A DNA stretch of 63,957 nt, filler included, from Octopus bimaculoides (lineage: Eukaryota): assembly GCF_001194135.2 (NCBI RefSeq). It is 3 parts of 3 records of this genome, joined end to end, with 100 filler letters (N's around TTAATTAATTAA, not from the genome) between each part and the next. Parts side by side here need not be neighbours in the genome. Positions count along the whole stretch, not along the records: positions 1 to 23,101 come from NC_068986.1; 2 more parts are not named here. One strand, 5' to 3'. The notes beneath the pieces are model-generated. The model made no database searches. It saw nothing but the letters and a program-made list of their open reading frames with translations, and was not told the DNA's origin. Shown one piece after another: positions 1 through 11,512 of this stretch (within the stretch, counting starts at the first letter, position 1; each line of letters opens with the position of its first letter). Made by a program: the position numbers and the translations under genes.

Positions 1-57
1 CGCACACACACGCACACACACACATACACACACATAGATATATACATATAAAAAAAC

Positions 58-90
<33 letters not shown>

Positions 91-587
91 TATACAGATA
101 ATATATATACATGCACATATTAGTATATACACATGTGCATGTGTGTGCATGCGTGCATGTATGCACACACATAAATATATGTGTTTGTATATATGTGCAT
201 ATATACAGGCAGACAGACAGATATCAGCATCATCATTTAACATCTGTTTTCCATACTGGGATAGGTTGGATGATTCAAAAAGAGGTAGCAAGCCAGAGGT
301 CTGTGCCAACCTTTATTGTCTGCTTTGGCATGGTTTCTACAGGTGGATGCCCTTCCTGATACCAACCACTTTACAGAGTGTACTGGGTGCAGATAAGAAA
401 AGCATCAATTGCTCTGAATGCAACACCACAGAATGAGCTCATGGCCAGCATTAAGGAAGTGTTTGAAGATTTCCAATGGACATTGTAAGAAACACATACA
501 CTAGGCTCTGGATCTGTCTTGAAGCCATAGTGGAAGCTGAGGGCAGCTTTTTCAAGTAAACTGTTATCTTCCAGGCATAATCTAGTT

Positions 588-922
588 CAGTGGTTCTCAA
601 CTGGGGTCAATATGGTCCCTGAGGATCCATATAAGATTGGGGGAGGGTCCATGCAACAAAATAATAAACTCAGGACCCACAATGGTTATTTTAAGGGACC
701 TTGTAAAAAAATTTGCTTTAGATGTAAGTATTGGTATGCATTGCAAGAAACAGCTTGGTTTCCTTTTCTGATGTTTATATATAATTCAACCTACAACAGA
801 ATAAAAATTTTGAAAGAAATTTCTATAAAACTAGTTTTTAAACATTGAATGGTTATGGGGACCCACCAGAATAAAATAGTAATTAAAGGGGTCCATAGAT
901 GAAAAATGGTAAAGAACCCCAG
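588..922. mobile_element. hAT (Charlie-like) MITE
   Basis: Starts CAGTGGTTCTCAAC and ends GTAAAGAACCCCAG (degenerate TIR). Flanked by an 8-bp near-duplication, atctagtt (580-587) / atcttgtt (923-930); 8-bp TSDs are typical of hAT. Confidence 0.65.
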
Positions 923-1149
923 ATCTTGTTGATATTTTTTGATGTTTTGAAATACTTTTATTTTTGGATGGGATGTGTTTTCATTTCCATTTATGCAAAC
1001 AATCAAATTTAGCCCAAACACACTGCATACAAGGACTAAGGGCTGTATTCTCCTTTTTTTGTAAAAGGGAGATCTTGGTGTGGCAAAAAACTAAAGAAGA
1101 ATAACCTTTATAGTAATAGTTACAAAAATTTATAACTCTATGCTGCTTA

Positions 1150-1488
1150 ACAGTATATGTCTAGAAATTAAAAAAAGTTTTGAGAAAAAATCCAAATGGC
1201 TTTTGAAGAGGATGGTCAACTACCAATCAAATCTTAACTGTTTGCAAAATTCTTGAAGGTGTGAAAGCCAAAAACCTAAATGCTGTTCTGTTAGTCATTA
1301 ATATTTCTCAAAGCCTTCAATTTGATTTATAGAGGTAAAATGAAAGAAATACTGTTAGCTTATAGTATATCGGATAAAACAGTAAAAATTGTTATGGTGC
1401 TCTAGAAAAACACATATTCAATGGTACAATCTCCAGATGATGATAAATATTTCTTTGAAATTGTTGCAGGAGTGCTACAAGGTGATAT
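1150..1488 (+). mobile_element. RTE-clade LINE reverse transcriptase relic
   Basis: Manual translation with stops/frameshift: NPNGF*RGWSTTNQILT..ILEGVKAKNLNAVLL..FSKAFNL.YRGKMKEILLAY..SPDDDKYFFEIVAGVLQGD (RT motifs DFSKAFD and GVxQG). Truncated. Confidence 0.7.
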
Positions 1489-1535
1489 GCATATGTCTGT
1501 GTGTACACACACACACACACACACACACATATGAT

Positions 1536-1897
1536 GTTGTTGGCACTCCGTTGCTTATGATACGACGTCAAGGGTTCCAGTTGATCCGATCAACGGAACA
1601 GCCTGCTCGTGAAATTAACGTGCAAGTGGCTGAGCACTCCACAGACACGTGTACCCTTAATGTAGTGTGACAAGGCTGACCCTTTGAATTACAGGCACAA
1701 CAGAAACAGGAAGAAAGAGTGAGAGAAAGTTGTGGTGGAAGAGTACAGCAGGGTTCGCCACCATCCCCTGCCGGAGCCTCGTGGAGCTTTTAGGTGTTTT
1801 CGCTCAATAAACACTCACAACGCCGGGTTTGGGAATCGAAACCATGATCCTATGACCGTGTGTCCGCTGCCCTAACCACTAGGCCATTGCGCCTCCA
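1536..1897 (-). mobile_element. tRNA-derived SINE, family A, copy 1
   Basis: The minus strand starts with a tRNA-like head TGGAGGCGCAATGGCCTAGTGGTTAGGGCAGCGGAC...GGTTTCGATTCCC. Near-identical to 9775-10159 and 59635-60040. Flanked by a cacacacatatg duplication. Confidence 0.85.
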
Positions 1898-3459
1898 CAC
1901 ACACATATGTATCATTGTATGAAATCAACAGTAAGGTTAGAAAAGTTACTCAAAGGCAGAGAGTTTTGTGCACAGCACTTATCAAACTTAGGGTACAGCA
2001 GACATGCTTCATGGGATACTTCCCATAAACTAAATACATGAAATACAAATACACACAGACAAAACTAAAATCTGATATACTACATGCATCTGGAACACAT
2101 GAGAAACAAGAAGCATTAACAATACAAATAATAAATGTGGAAGATTTATTTCTTCAGTTGGTATAAAAGTAGTTAATAACACAAGATTGAAGAATTGGTG
2201 GTTTTACCAATAAATTTCTGCTCATCAAAGAATATCAAATATTTTTTATAGAAAAAGAAATTCAAGTATGTATATTTTATAAAATTGTTTCAGAATTACT
2301 TTAGAAAATAGCAGATTAATTCTATATCCTTTAACTGCAAATGTACAAGAGAAGTGACTGCGTTGGTGTAGAGATATATAATGTGCATAAGGAACATGTC
2401 AATAACAATGCAGTCATCAAGGGAATGCTAGAAGGTCCATGTGAAATGAAATTGTGGGAGATATGAGTGGAAATGGGATGAAGAGGACAAAGAGAAGCTT
2501 CTTGTAGCAAGATACTGTGTTGGGAGCATTCATACAACTTATTTAAGTATGGAAAAGTGGACATAAAAGTGTTGCTGATGATGATGACAATAAAGATGAT
2601 GATAAGACAATCATTCTTCTCTTTTTTGTATTTTTTCAACTTACATTTGATAAGTAATTCAGGAACTTTTATGACAATATCAATGATGATGATGATGAAG
2701 ATTAAGATAATGGATAATGATGATGATGCTGATGAGAAAGAGGAGGTGGATAACAATGAAGATGATAATGACAAAATATTAATATCTTCTTTTTTGGTAT
2801 CTTTAATTTAAACTTGATAAATAATTTAGAAAATTTTATGATGATGATGATGTTGAAAATAACAACATTCAGTACATTTTTTAAGTATTCTTGATAAATA
2901 ATTCAGAAACTTTTATTATTGTGACGATGACAATAATGATAATGACAACAATCATAACATACTTTTCAGTATTTTTTTTTTAATAAACATTCAATATGTA
3001 ATTCAGAAACTGCAGGACCCATGCAATTTTTGGTTTAAAGTAGAACTTAGATATATCAGTTATCATCATACTGAAAGAATAAAACAACAACAGAAACTAG
3101 AATAAATATGTAATAGAGAAACTGTTTAGGAGTTCTAATAGACCTTTCTGACAATAACCTACCTTAGACTGACTCTGGGTCAAGTATACAAACAGCATGT
3201 CTTAAAATGTTCAGATTTAAATTAAAGCCTTCCAATTTTATGAAAGAAAATGTAATTCTCCAAACACCAGAAAAATAATGGAAATATTAGTTCTTTTCAA
3301 TGTAACACACACACACAAAAAAAAAATGTTGGAAATGGTCAGCATATTTTAAAATGTTCAGATTCAAATGAAAGCCTTTCAATGTATTTTAATTGAAATG
3401 GTCAGTAAAGAAAATGTTTTTGGTACTTAAAAATATTTTTCTCTATTAAAATGCAAATC

Positions 3460-4380
3460 CTAAAATTTCTCAATTTCAAAGTCACCTTTACCCCTAGTAA
3501 AAATATTTACAAAATTTTTCTGGAATATTTTGTTGCAGAATCCATTAAACATGGGATTTAAGGAGGAGTTTAGTATCCAAGTACGATATAAAACTACTTT
3601 AAATATCTGTAATAAGTTAGAATCATTGCAATATGGATATATGACACAGAAGACAAGGGTTGGTGTAAAACTGACAAAACACAAAACAGATATTGAGAAA
3701 AGTACAATGATTGTGCAATTGAATCCTTGTTGTCTGGGAGCTTCTTCTTTACCTTGCTTTTTCCTGAGATGCTGAGTAATAGTCTTCCAAATAAAGGAAT
3801 AAAGTACAATCATGGTCAGTAAAAGAATACTGTGAACAATCAATGCTGCTACAGCATATGACCAGACAAAGGACCCACTAAGACTACTACCACAGACTTT
3901 ATAGGCCTTCATTTCATGGGAAAATGGTACAGTGTCAATGTAAAAAATAACTGGTAGTGATGCTACAACTGATGTTACTGTCATAAAAATGATAAGCGTC
4001 TGGTATAGTTTGGGGGTAACTTGTTTTCGAAGTGGATGGCATATTTTTCTGAAGAGTTCAACAGCAATTGTAAACTGAATGAAGGATGACATAATATAAC
4101 AGTTGAAAATAATGAACTTATACAGTTTACACAAATACTTTGTTTGAATTCTGAGGGAGAGTTCAGCCATTTCCATTGGCATTCCAAAGCCACATCCAAC
4201 CAGATCAATGACAGCTAGTAATAGGATGAATGTTTCTACATTGCTTTTCTGAGATTGACGTGCATAAATATATGCCACAATCATGTTACCTATAAGTCCC
4301 GTAATTAGGAAGAAAGGTATGATGCTAAAAACAACTACTCTTGAAAGTATAAGAGGATCAGAGAATAGGGTTGCATTCAT
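3460..4380 (-). CDS. Class A (rhodopsin-like) orphan GPCR, cluster copy 1 (306 aa), atypical motifs (ELF for DRY, NPMFN for NPxxY)
   Basis: Seven hydrophobic segments. GLIGN (TM1), LAVIDL (TM2), TM3-entry Cys (YLCK), ECL2 Cys (KVCGS), SFTP (TM6), NSSLNP (TM7), N-terminal NAT sequon. Paralogous to the three other copies. Confidence 0.9.
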   Translation of the reverse strand: MNATLFSDPLILSRVVVFSIIPFFLITGLIGNMIVAYIYARQSQKSNVETFILLLAVIDLVGCGFGMPMEMAELSLRIQTKYLCKLYKFIIFNCYIMSSFIQFTIAVELFRKICHPLRKQVTPKLYQTLIIFMTVTSVVASLPVIFYIDTVPFSHEMKAYKVCGSSLSGSFVWSYAVAALIVHSILLLTMIVLYSFIWKTITQHLRKKQGKEEAPRQQGFNCTIIVLFSISVLCFVSFTPTLVFCVIYPYCNDSNLLQIFKVVLYRTWILNSSLNPMFNGFCNKIFQKNFVNIFTRGKGDFEIEKF

Positions 4381-4465
4381 GGTGAAACAAGTATGTAATT
4401 TATCTACAGTTTAGTAAGTATAATGTGCATGCGTGTATGTGCGTGTGTGTGTGTCAATGAGTGTG

Positions 4466-4561
<96 letters not shown>

Positions 4562-5661
4562 ATGCAGTTATGCAATAATTTCAGAGATGTACTAGTAGGC
4601 AAATGACTTGATTAGTGTATTAACAGCAGACTGAAAATCATCCATAACCATAGAACGTATTTTGGAGAACAAAAATTTTCTGTTGTTTTAGTCGAGTTCT
4701 TACACAAATACAATTAAAATGTGAAATAAACACCCTGAGAGAGCTATCAAAGTAATATGCAATAGCTTGCGTGGTTTCTGTTTAAATAAAGTTACAAATT
4801 AATGAATATCCTGTTTTGTCTTACTAATTAGATACAAAAATAAATTGACAAATCAAAACTTCATAAATATATACAAAATTAGGAAACTTCGATAGCAACA
4901 ATAATATCCAGTTTCATTTTACTTAACTAGGCTGTTAATTATGGTAATTCGTTGAATCATAACTAAGGAAAAGTGGACATAAAAGTGCCAATGATGACGT
5001 TGATGATGATGATGATAATGACAGTAAGGATAACAATGATGACGATGACAAGACACTCATCTTCTTTACTTCCTTTCTAATTTAAATTTGATAAGTAATT
5101 CAGAAATTTTCTGCTGATGATATGACAGCAATCACAAAATTTAATATATTCTTTTTTGCTTTTCAGTATACTTTTCATATAGATTTAATATGTAATTCAT
5201 AAACTGCAGGATACACACAGTTTTTGGTTTAAAGTAGGACTTACACAAACAGTTATGTGTCTATAGAAAGTATAAAACAAAATATAGAAACTAGAATAAA
5301 TATGTAATAGAGAAATTGTTCAAGAGTTCAAATAGACCTTTTTAATACTAACCTACCTTAGAGTAGGTTAAGGATACAAATAACTCTGGGTTAAGGATAC
5401 AAATAGCATATTTTTAAAATGTTCAAATTTAAATTAAAACATTCCAGTTTTATGAAAGAAAATATAATTATGTCCAAACATCAGAAAAATAATGGAAAAA
5501 GTTGGTTATTTCATTAAAATATCACAAACTTTGAGTTATTTTCAACACTTCACAGAAAAAAAAAAAAAGATAGTGTATTTGATTTGAAATGGTCAGCAAA
5601 GAAAATGCTTCTGGTACTTGGAAGTATTCCTCTCAATTGAAAGTGTGGTGTAAACCAAATC

Positions 5662-6585
5662 CTAAAATTTCTCCTCCATTTCAAAGAAAATTTTACCCCT
5701 AGTGAATATATTTACAAAACTTTTCCGGAATATTTTGTTGCAGAATCCATACACCACGGGATTTAAGGAGGCGTTTAGTATCCAAGTACGAAACAAAACT
5801 ACTTTAAATGTCTGTAACAAATTAGAATCTTTGCAGTATGGATATATGACGCAGAAGACAAGGGTTGGTGAAAAACTGACAAAATACAAAACAGATACTG
5901 AGAAAAGTACAATGTTTGTGCGATTGATTCCTTCTTGTTTGGAAGCTTCTTCTTTACCTTGCTGTTTTTTCAAACGCTGAGTAATAGTGTTCTGGACAAA
6001 AGAATAAAGTACAGTCATGGTCAGTAAAAGAATACTGTGAACAATTAATGCTGCTACAGCATATGACCAGACAGACAAATTACTAAGACTACTACCACAG
6101 ACTTTACAGGCTTTCAATTCATGGGAAAATGGTACAGCATCAGTGTAGAAAACAACCGGCAGTGATGTTACAACTGAGGTTACTGCCATAAAAATGATAA
6201 GAATCTGGCGTAATTTTGGAGTAATCTGTTTGCGAAGTGGATGGCATATTTTTCTGAAGCGCTCCATGGCAATTATAAGAAGAATAAGGGATGACATAAG
6301 ACAACATATGAAAACAACAAACTTGTACAGCTTACACAAATATTTTGAACGAATTGTGAGGGAGAGTTCAACCATTTCCAGTGGCATTCCAAAGCCGCAT
6401 CCAACCAGATCAATAACAGCTAGTAACAGGATGAATGTTTCTACATTGCTTTTCTGAGATTGACGTGCATAAATATATGCCACGATCATGTTACCTATAA
6501 GTCCCGTAATTAGGAAAAAAGGTATGATACTAAGAACAACTAATCTTGAAAATATAACAGGATTAGTGAATAGGGTTGCATTCAT
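5662..6585 (-). CDS. Class A orphan GPCR, cluster copy 2 (307 aa)
   Basis: Intact ORF: GLIGN, LAVIDL, YLCK, ERF (DRY-equivalent), SFSP, NASLNPVVYGF, NAT sequon, C-terminus FEMEEKF. Confidence 0.93.
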   Translation of the reverse strand: MNATLFTNPVIFSRLVVLSIIPFFLITGLIGNMIVAYIYARQSQKSNVETFILLLAVIDLVGCGFGMPLEMVELSLTIRSKYLCKLYKFVVFICCLMSSLILLIIAMERFRKICHPLRKQITPKLRQILIIFMAVTSVVTSLPVVFYTDAVPFSHELKACKVCGSSLSNLSVWSYAVAALIVHSILLLTMTVLYSFVQNTITQRLKKQQGKEEASKQEGINRTNIVLFSVSVLYFVSFSPTLVFCVIYPYCKDSNLLQTFKVVLFRTWILNASLNPVVYGFCNKIFRKSFVNIFTRGKIFFEMEEKF

Positions 6586-7530
6586 GGTGAAACAAGTATG
6601 TGGTGTATCTATAGTTAAGTATGTGCACGTATAGAGTGTTCATATGTGTGTGTGCATGTATCTGCGTGTGTGTGTGTGTGTATGTGTAAATATAAGGCAA
6701 TTATAGAATAATTTCAGAGATGTGCTTGTAGGTAAGTAACTTGATTAGTGCATGATGAGTAGACTGCAAATCATCCGTTATTGGGTTGTATTCTGGAGAA
6801 CAAATATTATTCTGTCTCAGTTGAATTGTAACAGAGATACAATTATAGTGTGAAGTTAATGTCCAGAGAGAAAGAGAGCCATCAAACTAACATGCAATAA
6901 CTTGTGTAGTAGTCTACTTATATAAGTTTGCAGATTAAAAAACATCCTGCTTTGTTTCACTAAGTAGATTCAAATTAAACACAATTATGCACAAAATTAG
7001 GAAACCTAAGTAGCAAAAATGATTCTAACACTTCCAAGTTTACTAAATTACATTCCTTACTTATGATGGATTTACGGAATTGTTAGAGTGTTGAAAAAAA
7101 TGCCTAGTGGTACTTCTTCCAATGCTTTATATTCTAAGTTCAAATCCTGCTGACATCAAATTTGCCTTTCATGGTACCAGGAGTGAGAAAATAAAGTATC
7201 AATGAAGCACTGGGATCAATGGTTTTGATAAAAACCTTCCCTCAAAAATTGCTGGCCTTGTGCCTAAATCAGAAACCATTTAAGGGCATTTGCCTGGCAC
7301 AATCTTCAGAAGGTTAGAGAAAAGTTTTGTGGCTTTTGTTCTGACACATTACACTTGGTGTGCCAGCGTGCCAAATGTCAACTTTGCATTTTATGCCCTC
7401 AGGGTCAATAAAATATGTACTAGTCAAGCACTGAGGTTGATGTCCTCAACATGTCTTTCACTCAAAACTGCTGGCTTTGTTCTAAAAATTAGAAACAATT
7501 ATTATTATTAATATTACCATTTTTATTAAA

Positions 7531-7742
7531 GGCAGCAAGATGGCAGAATTGTTAGCAGACCAGACAAAATGCTTAGCAGCATTTCATCCATCTTTATGTT
7601 CTGAGTTCAAATTCTGCCAAGGTTGACTTTGCCTTTCATTCTTTCAGGGTTGATAAAGTAAGTACCAGCTCAACACTGGGGTCGATGTAATTGACTTAAA
7701 TCCTTCCCTCAAATTTCTGGCCTTGAGCCAAAATTTGGAATC
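7531..7742 (+). mobile_element. tRNA-derived SINE, family B (degenerate)
   Basis: GGCAGAATTGTTAGC...GAGTTCAAATTC...GGGGTCGATGTAATTGACTT core shared with many copies in the window. Confidence 0.7.
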
Positions 7743-8848
7743 ATTATCATTGATCATCATCATCATCATCATTTAACATCTGCTTTCCATGCTGGCATGG
7801 GTNNNNNNNNNNNNNNNNNNNNNNNNNNNNNNNNNNNNNNNNNNNNNNNNNNNNNNNNNNNNNNNNNNNNNNNNNNNGGGGGGGCTGCACTAGGTTCCAA
7901 TTTGATTTGGCAAGGTTCCTACGGCTGAATGCCAACCACTCTGAGAGAGTAGTGGGTGCTTTTTACATTGACCTGAGACCAGCATTGGCCACGACATGGT
8001 CTCACTTTGCTTGACAGGTCAACACAAGCATGGTATATCACCAAGGGTCTTGGTCGCCTGTCACTGCCACCATGAGGCCCAACATTTGAATGGTGCTTTT
8101 TAGGGGCCACCTGCACATTTGCTAGTCAGATGGCACTGGCATCAGCCACGACTACAATTTCACTCAGTTCAACAGGTCTGTTACACAACACTGGCATTGG
8201 TCATCACTATGATCTCACTCAGCTTGATGTCACTGCCTCCATAAGGCCCAACGCAAGTAGAAGTGGATTAGCAGAAACATTAAAACATTATATAAAATAC
8301 TTGTAGTATTTGTTCTAGTTTCGTACCAACTAAATCCAAATTCTGTAAATGAATCTTAGCCTCTTATCCATTCAAGGTCATTAAAAGAAAGTCTCATTTA
8401 ACCCATTAGTGTTCAGATTAATCTGTTAAATCTAATACTTTTTCACTCAAATTGTTTTGAATTAATCATGCATTATCTTATAGCTTTGAGGTTTCATTGA
8501 TGTGATTGTTTATTTTTAGAATGTTAATGTAGGTTAGGTGTGAGAAGCTAGAAATGGACAGTTTGAATATAAAACATGTAGAATATCTGGGCCAGATATG
8601 GCCGGTTTAAACACTAAAGGGTTAAATATATGGGTCAGTGTCATCAACTAACTCTTACTTCAAAATTGCTGTTGTTTTGCCTAAATTAGAAACACCAATT
8701 ATTAGAAAGGATTATTATTGCCAGTGGAATAGGTTACGGAACAAAATTCCATGCAGTTTTTGGTTATGACCCCCTTACATACTGAATTTAAATCATATTA
8801 GGGTCAACCCAACATACCATCCTTCTTGGGTTGTCAATAATATAAGGG

Positions 8849-9075
8849 AGGCGAGCTGGCAGAATTGCTAGTAAGCCAAGTGAAATGCTTAACAGTATTT
8901 CGTTTGTCTATACATTCTGAGTTCAAATTCCACCAAGGTCGATTTTGCCTTTCGTCTATGCGGAATTCATTAAATAAGTACCAGTTATGCACTGGAGTTG
9001 ATGTAATTGACTTAATCCCTTTGTCTGTCCTTGTTTGTTCCCTCTATGTTTAGCCCCCTGTGGGTAATAAAGAGA
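8849..9075 (+). mobile_element. tRNA-derived SINE, family B
   Basis: GGCGAGCTGGCAGAA...GAGTTCAAATTCC...TAAGTACCAGTT...TTAATCCCTTTGTCTGTCCTTGTTTG...AATAAAG. Homologous to 25500-25733 and 52775-53004. Confidence 0.8.
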
Positions 9076-9774
9076 TTAATAATATAAGTATCCCACAGGT
9101 AAATGTATCCTACAAGTAACAGAATCAACAGAATGTCCACAAAATATTTCCCTTTGTTTAATTTAAAAATCATCATCATTAAGTAGCATGGATTAGTGAT
9201 TAGGGTGTTCAACTTACGATTGTGGGATTGCGTTTTTGATTCCCAAACACACTATGCATTGTTTTCTTGAGCAAGACATTCCATTTCACATTACTCCAGT
9301 CCACTTAGCTGTTAATGGGTAAGCTTGTGACAGATTGGTGTACAAGGGTGAGATAGTGACTCAGGAATTTCACCCGAATGGGGCTCTCATGGACCAGGTT
9401 TATATTCAGTGATAGAACCCATGGTGTGAATTCCGGCTGGTTGGGGTTGGTTGTTCAACCATGTTGAAAGTCAACTAGCAGCAGCAAGGCAATGAGCTAG
9501 CAGAATCATTCGCACACCAGGAAAAATGCTTAGTAACATTTTGTCTGTCTATACATTCTGAGTTCAAATAAATTCTGCCAAGCTCACCTTTGCCTTTCAT
9601 TCTTTTGGGGGTCAATAAAATAAGTACCAGTTCAGTACTAAAGGTCAATCAACTAGATCACCTCCCACCAAAGATTCAGGCCTTGTGCCTATAACAGGGG
9701 GGATTATTATTATTATTGTTGTTGTGCTTGGATCCCATTCATGAAAAAACTTTTATCTTGTTTGTTAGAAATGT

Positions 9775-10159
9775 GTTGTTGGCACTCCGTCACTTACGAC
9801 GTCGAGGGTTCCAGTTGATCCGACCAACGGAACAGCCTGCTCGTGAAATTAACGTGCAAGTGGTTGAGCACTCCACAGACACGTGTACCCTTAACGTAGT
9901 TCTCGGGGATATTCAGCGTGACACAGTGTGACAAGGCTGACCCTTTGAATTACAGGCACAACAGAAACAGGAAGTAAGAGTGAGAGAAAGTTGTGGTGGA
10001 AGAGTACAGTAGGGTTCGCCACCATCCCCTGCCGGAGCCTCATGGAGCTTTAGGCGTTTTCGCTCAATAAACACTCACAACGCCCAGTCTGGGAATCGAA
10101 ACCGCGATCTTATGACCGCGAGTCCGCTGCCCTAACCACTGGGCCATTGTGCCTCCACA
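9775..10159 (-). mobile_element. tRNA-derived SINE, family A, copy 2, with 12-bp TSD
   Basis: Same sequence as 1536-1897. Perfect TSD tgttagaaatgt at 9763-9774 and 10160-10171. Confidence 0.9.
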
Positions 10160-10591
10160 TGTTAGAAATGTAATGTGGGATTAAACAACAAAAGACAGGA
10201 AAACAGACATGTAAAATTCAATATGTCCATCAACTACAAAGTCCAAAACATAAAATTACTTGGCTCAATACACTGACAAATGGGATGTGTTCCATTAATT
10301 GAATATAAGAAACATTAACATACACATACATAATACATTGTACATATCAAAGACATGTAAAAACAAAATAAAAACTTTCAAATATGATGAAAGAAAATGC
10401 AATTGTCCAAAGATTAGAACAAAAGTGAAAAAGAAGGTTATTTTATCAAATACATCAAGCTTTGAGTTATTTTCAATATTGCACAAAAGCAAAAAAAAAG
10501 AAAAAAAATTGGTTGGAAATGGTCAGCAAATAAACTGTATCTAGTACTTGAAAGTATTCCTTTCAACTGAATGTGTGGTATAAACCAAATC

Positions 10592-11512
10592 CTAAAGCTT
10601 CTCCTCCATTTCAAAGTTACTTTTACTCTTTGTAAATATATGTACAAAACTTTTCCAAAATATTCTGTTGCAGAATCCATACACAATGGGATTTAAGGAT
10701 GAATTTAGTATCCAAGTACGATATAAAATTACTCTAAATATCTGTAACAGGATAGAATCTCCACAATATGGATACATGACCAAGAAAACAAGAGTTGGTG
10801 TAAAACTCACAAAATATAAAACAGAAATTGAGAAAAGTACAATGTTTGTGTGGTTGATTTGTTCATGCTTGAAAGCTCCTTTTTTACTTTGATTTTTCTG
10901 GAAATGCTGATTGACAGTCTCCCAAACAAATGAATAGAGTACAGTCATGCAGAAGAGAAGAATACTATGAACAATTAATGCCATGAGAGCATATGTCCAG
11001 AGAAATAACCTTCTAAAATCACTGCCACATATATCCACCTTGCTTTCATGAGAAAAGGGAACAGCCTCAGTGTAGTAAACAGGTGGCAGTACCAATACAA
11101 CTGATGTTACAGTTATGAAAATCACAAGGATATTGCGTTGTTTTGGAGTAATTTGTTTGCTAAGTGGACGACATATCTTTTTGAACCTTTCAATAGAGAT
11201 TATGAGAAGAATGAAGGATGACATGGTAGAACAGATGAAAGCAACAAACTTGTAAAATTTGCATAAATACGTTGATTGTATTGCCGGGTAAAGTTCAACC
11301 ATTTCCAGAGGCATGCCAAAGATACATCCTATAAGATCAATAACAGCTAGTACAAGGATGAATGTTTCTACATTGCTTTTCTGGAACTGGCATCCATAAA
11401 TATATATCACAAACATGTTACCTATGAGTCCCACAATTAGGAGAAAAGGTATGATACTAAAAACAACTAATCTTGAAAGCAAAACAGGATCAGACAAATG
11501 GGTTGGATTCAT
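10592..11512 (-). CDS. Class A orphan GPCR, cluster copy 3 (306 aa)
   Basis: Start set at 11512 (MNPTHLSDP) by homology to the paralogue starts. GLIGN, LAVIDL, ERF, SFTP, NSSLNPIVYGF, C-terminus FEMEEKL. Confidence 0.92.
   Translation of the reverse strand: MNPTHLSDPVLLSRLVVFSIIPFLLIVGLIGNMFVIYIYGCQFQKSNVETFILVLAVIDLIGCIFGMPLEMVELYPAIQSTYLCKFYKFVAFICSTMSSFILLIISIERFKKICRPLSKQITPKQRNILVIFITVTSVVLVLPPVYYTEAVPFSHESKVDICGSDFRRLFLWTYALMALIVHSILLFCMTVLYSFVWETVNQHFQKNQSKKGAFKHEQINHTNIVLFSISVLYFVSFTPTLVFLVMYPYCGDSILLQIFRVILYRTWILNSSLNPIVYGFCNRIFWKSFVHIFTKSKSNFEMEEKL

Noticed and set aside
3530-3775. Conserved antisense ORFs over the GPCR 3' ends (also 5702, 10668, 19311)
   Set aside because: Their similarity simply mirrors the paralogous sense CDS; there is no independent evidence of coding.
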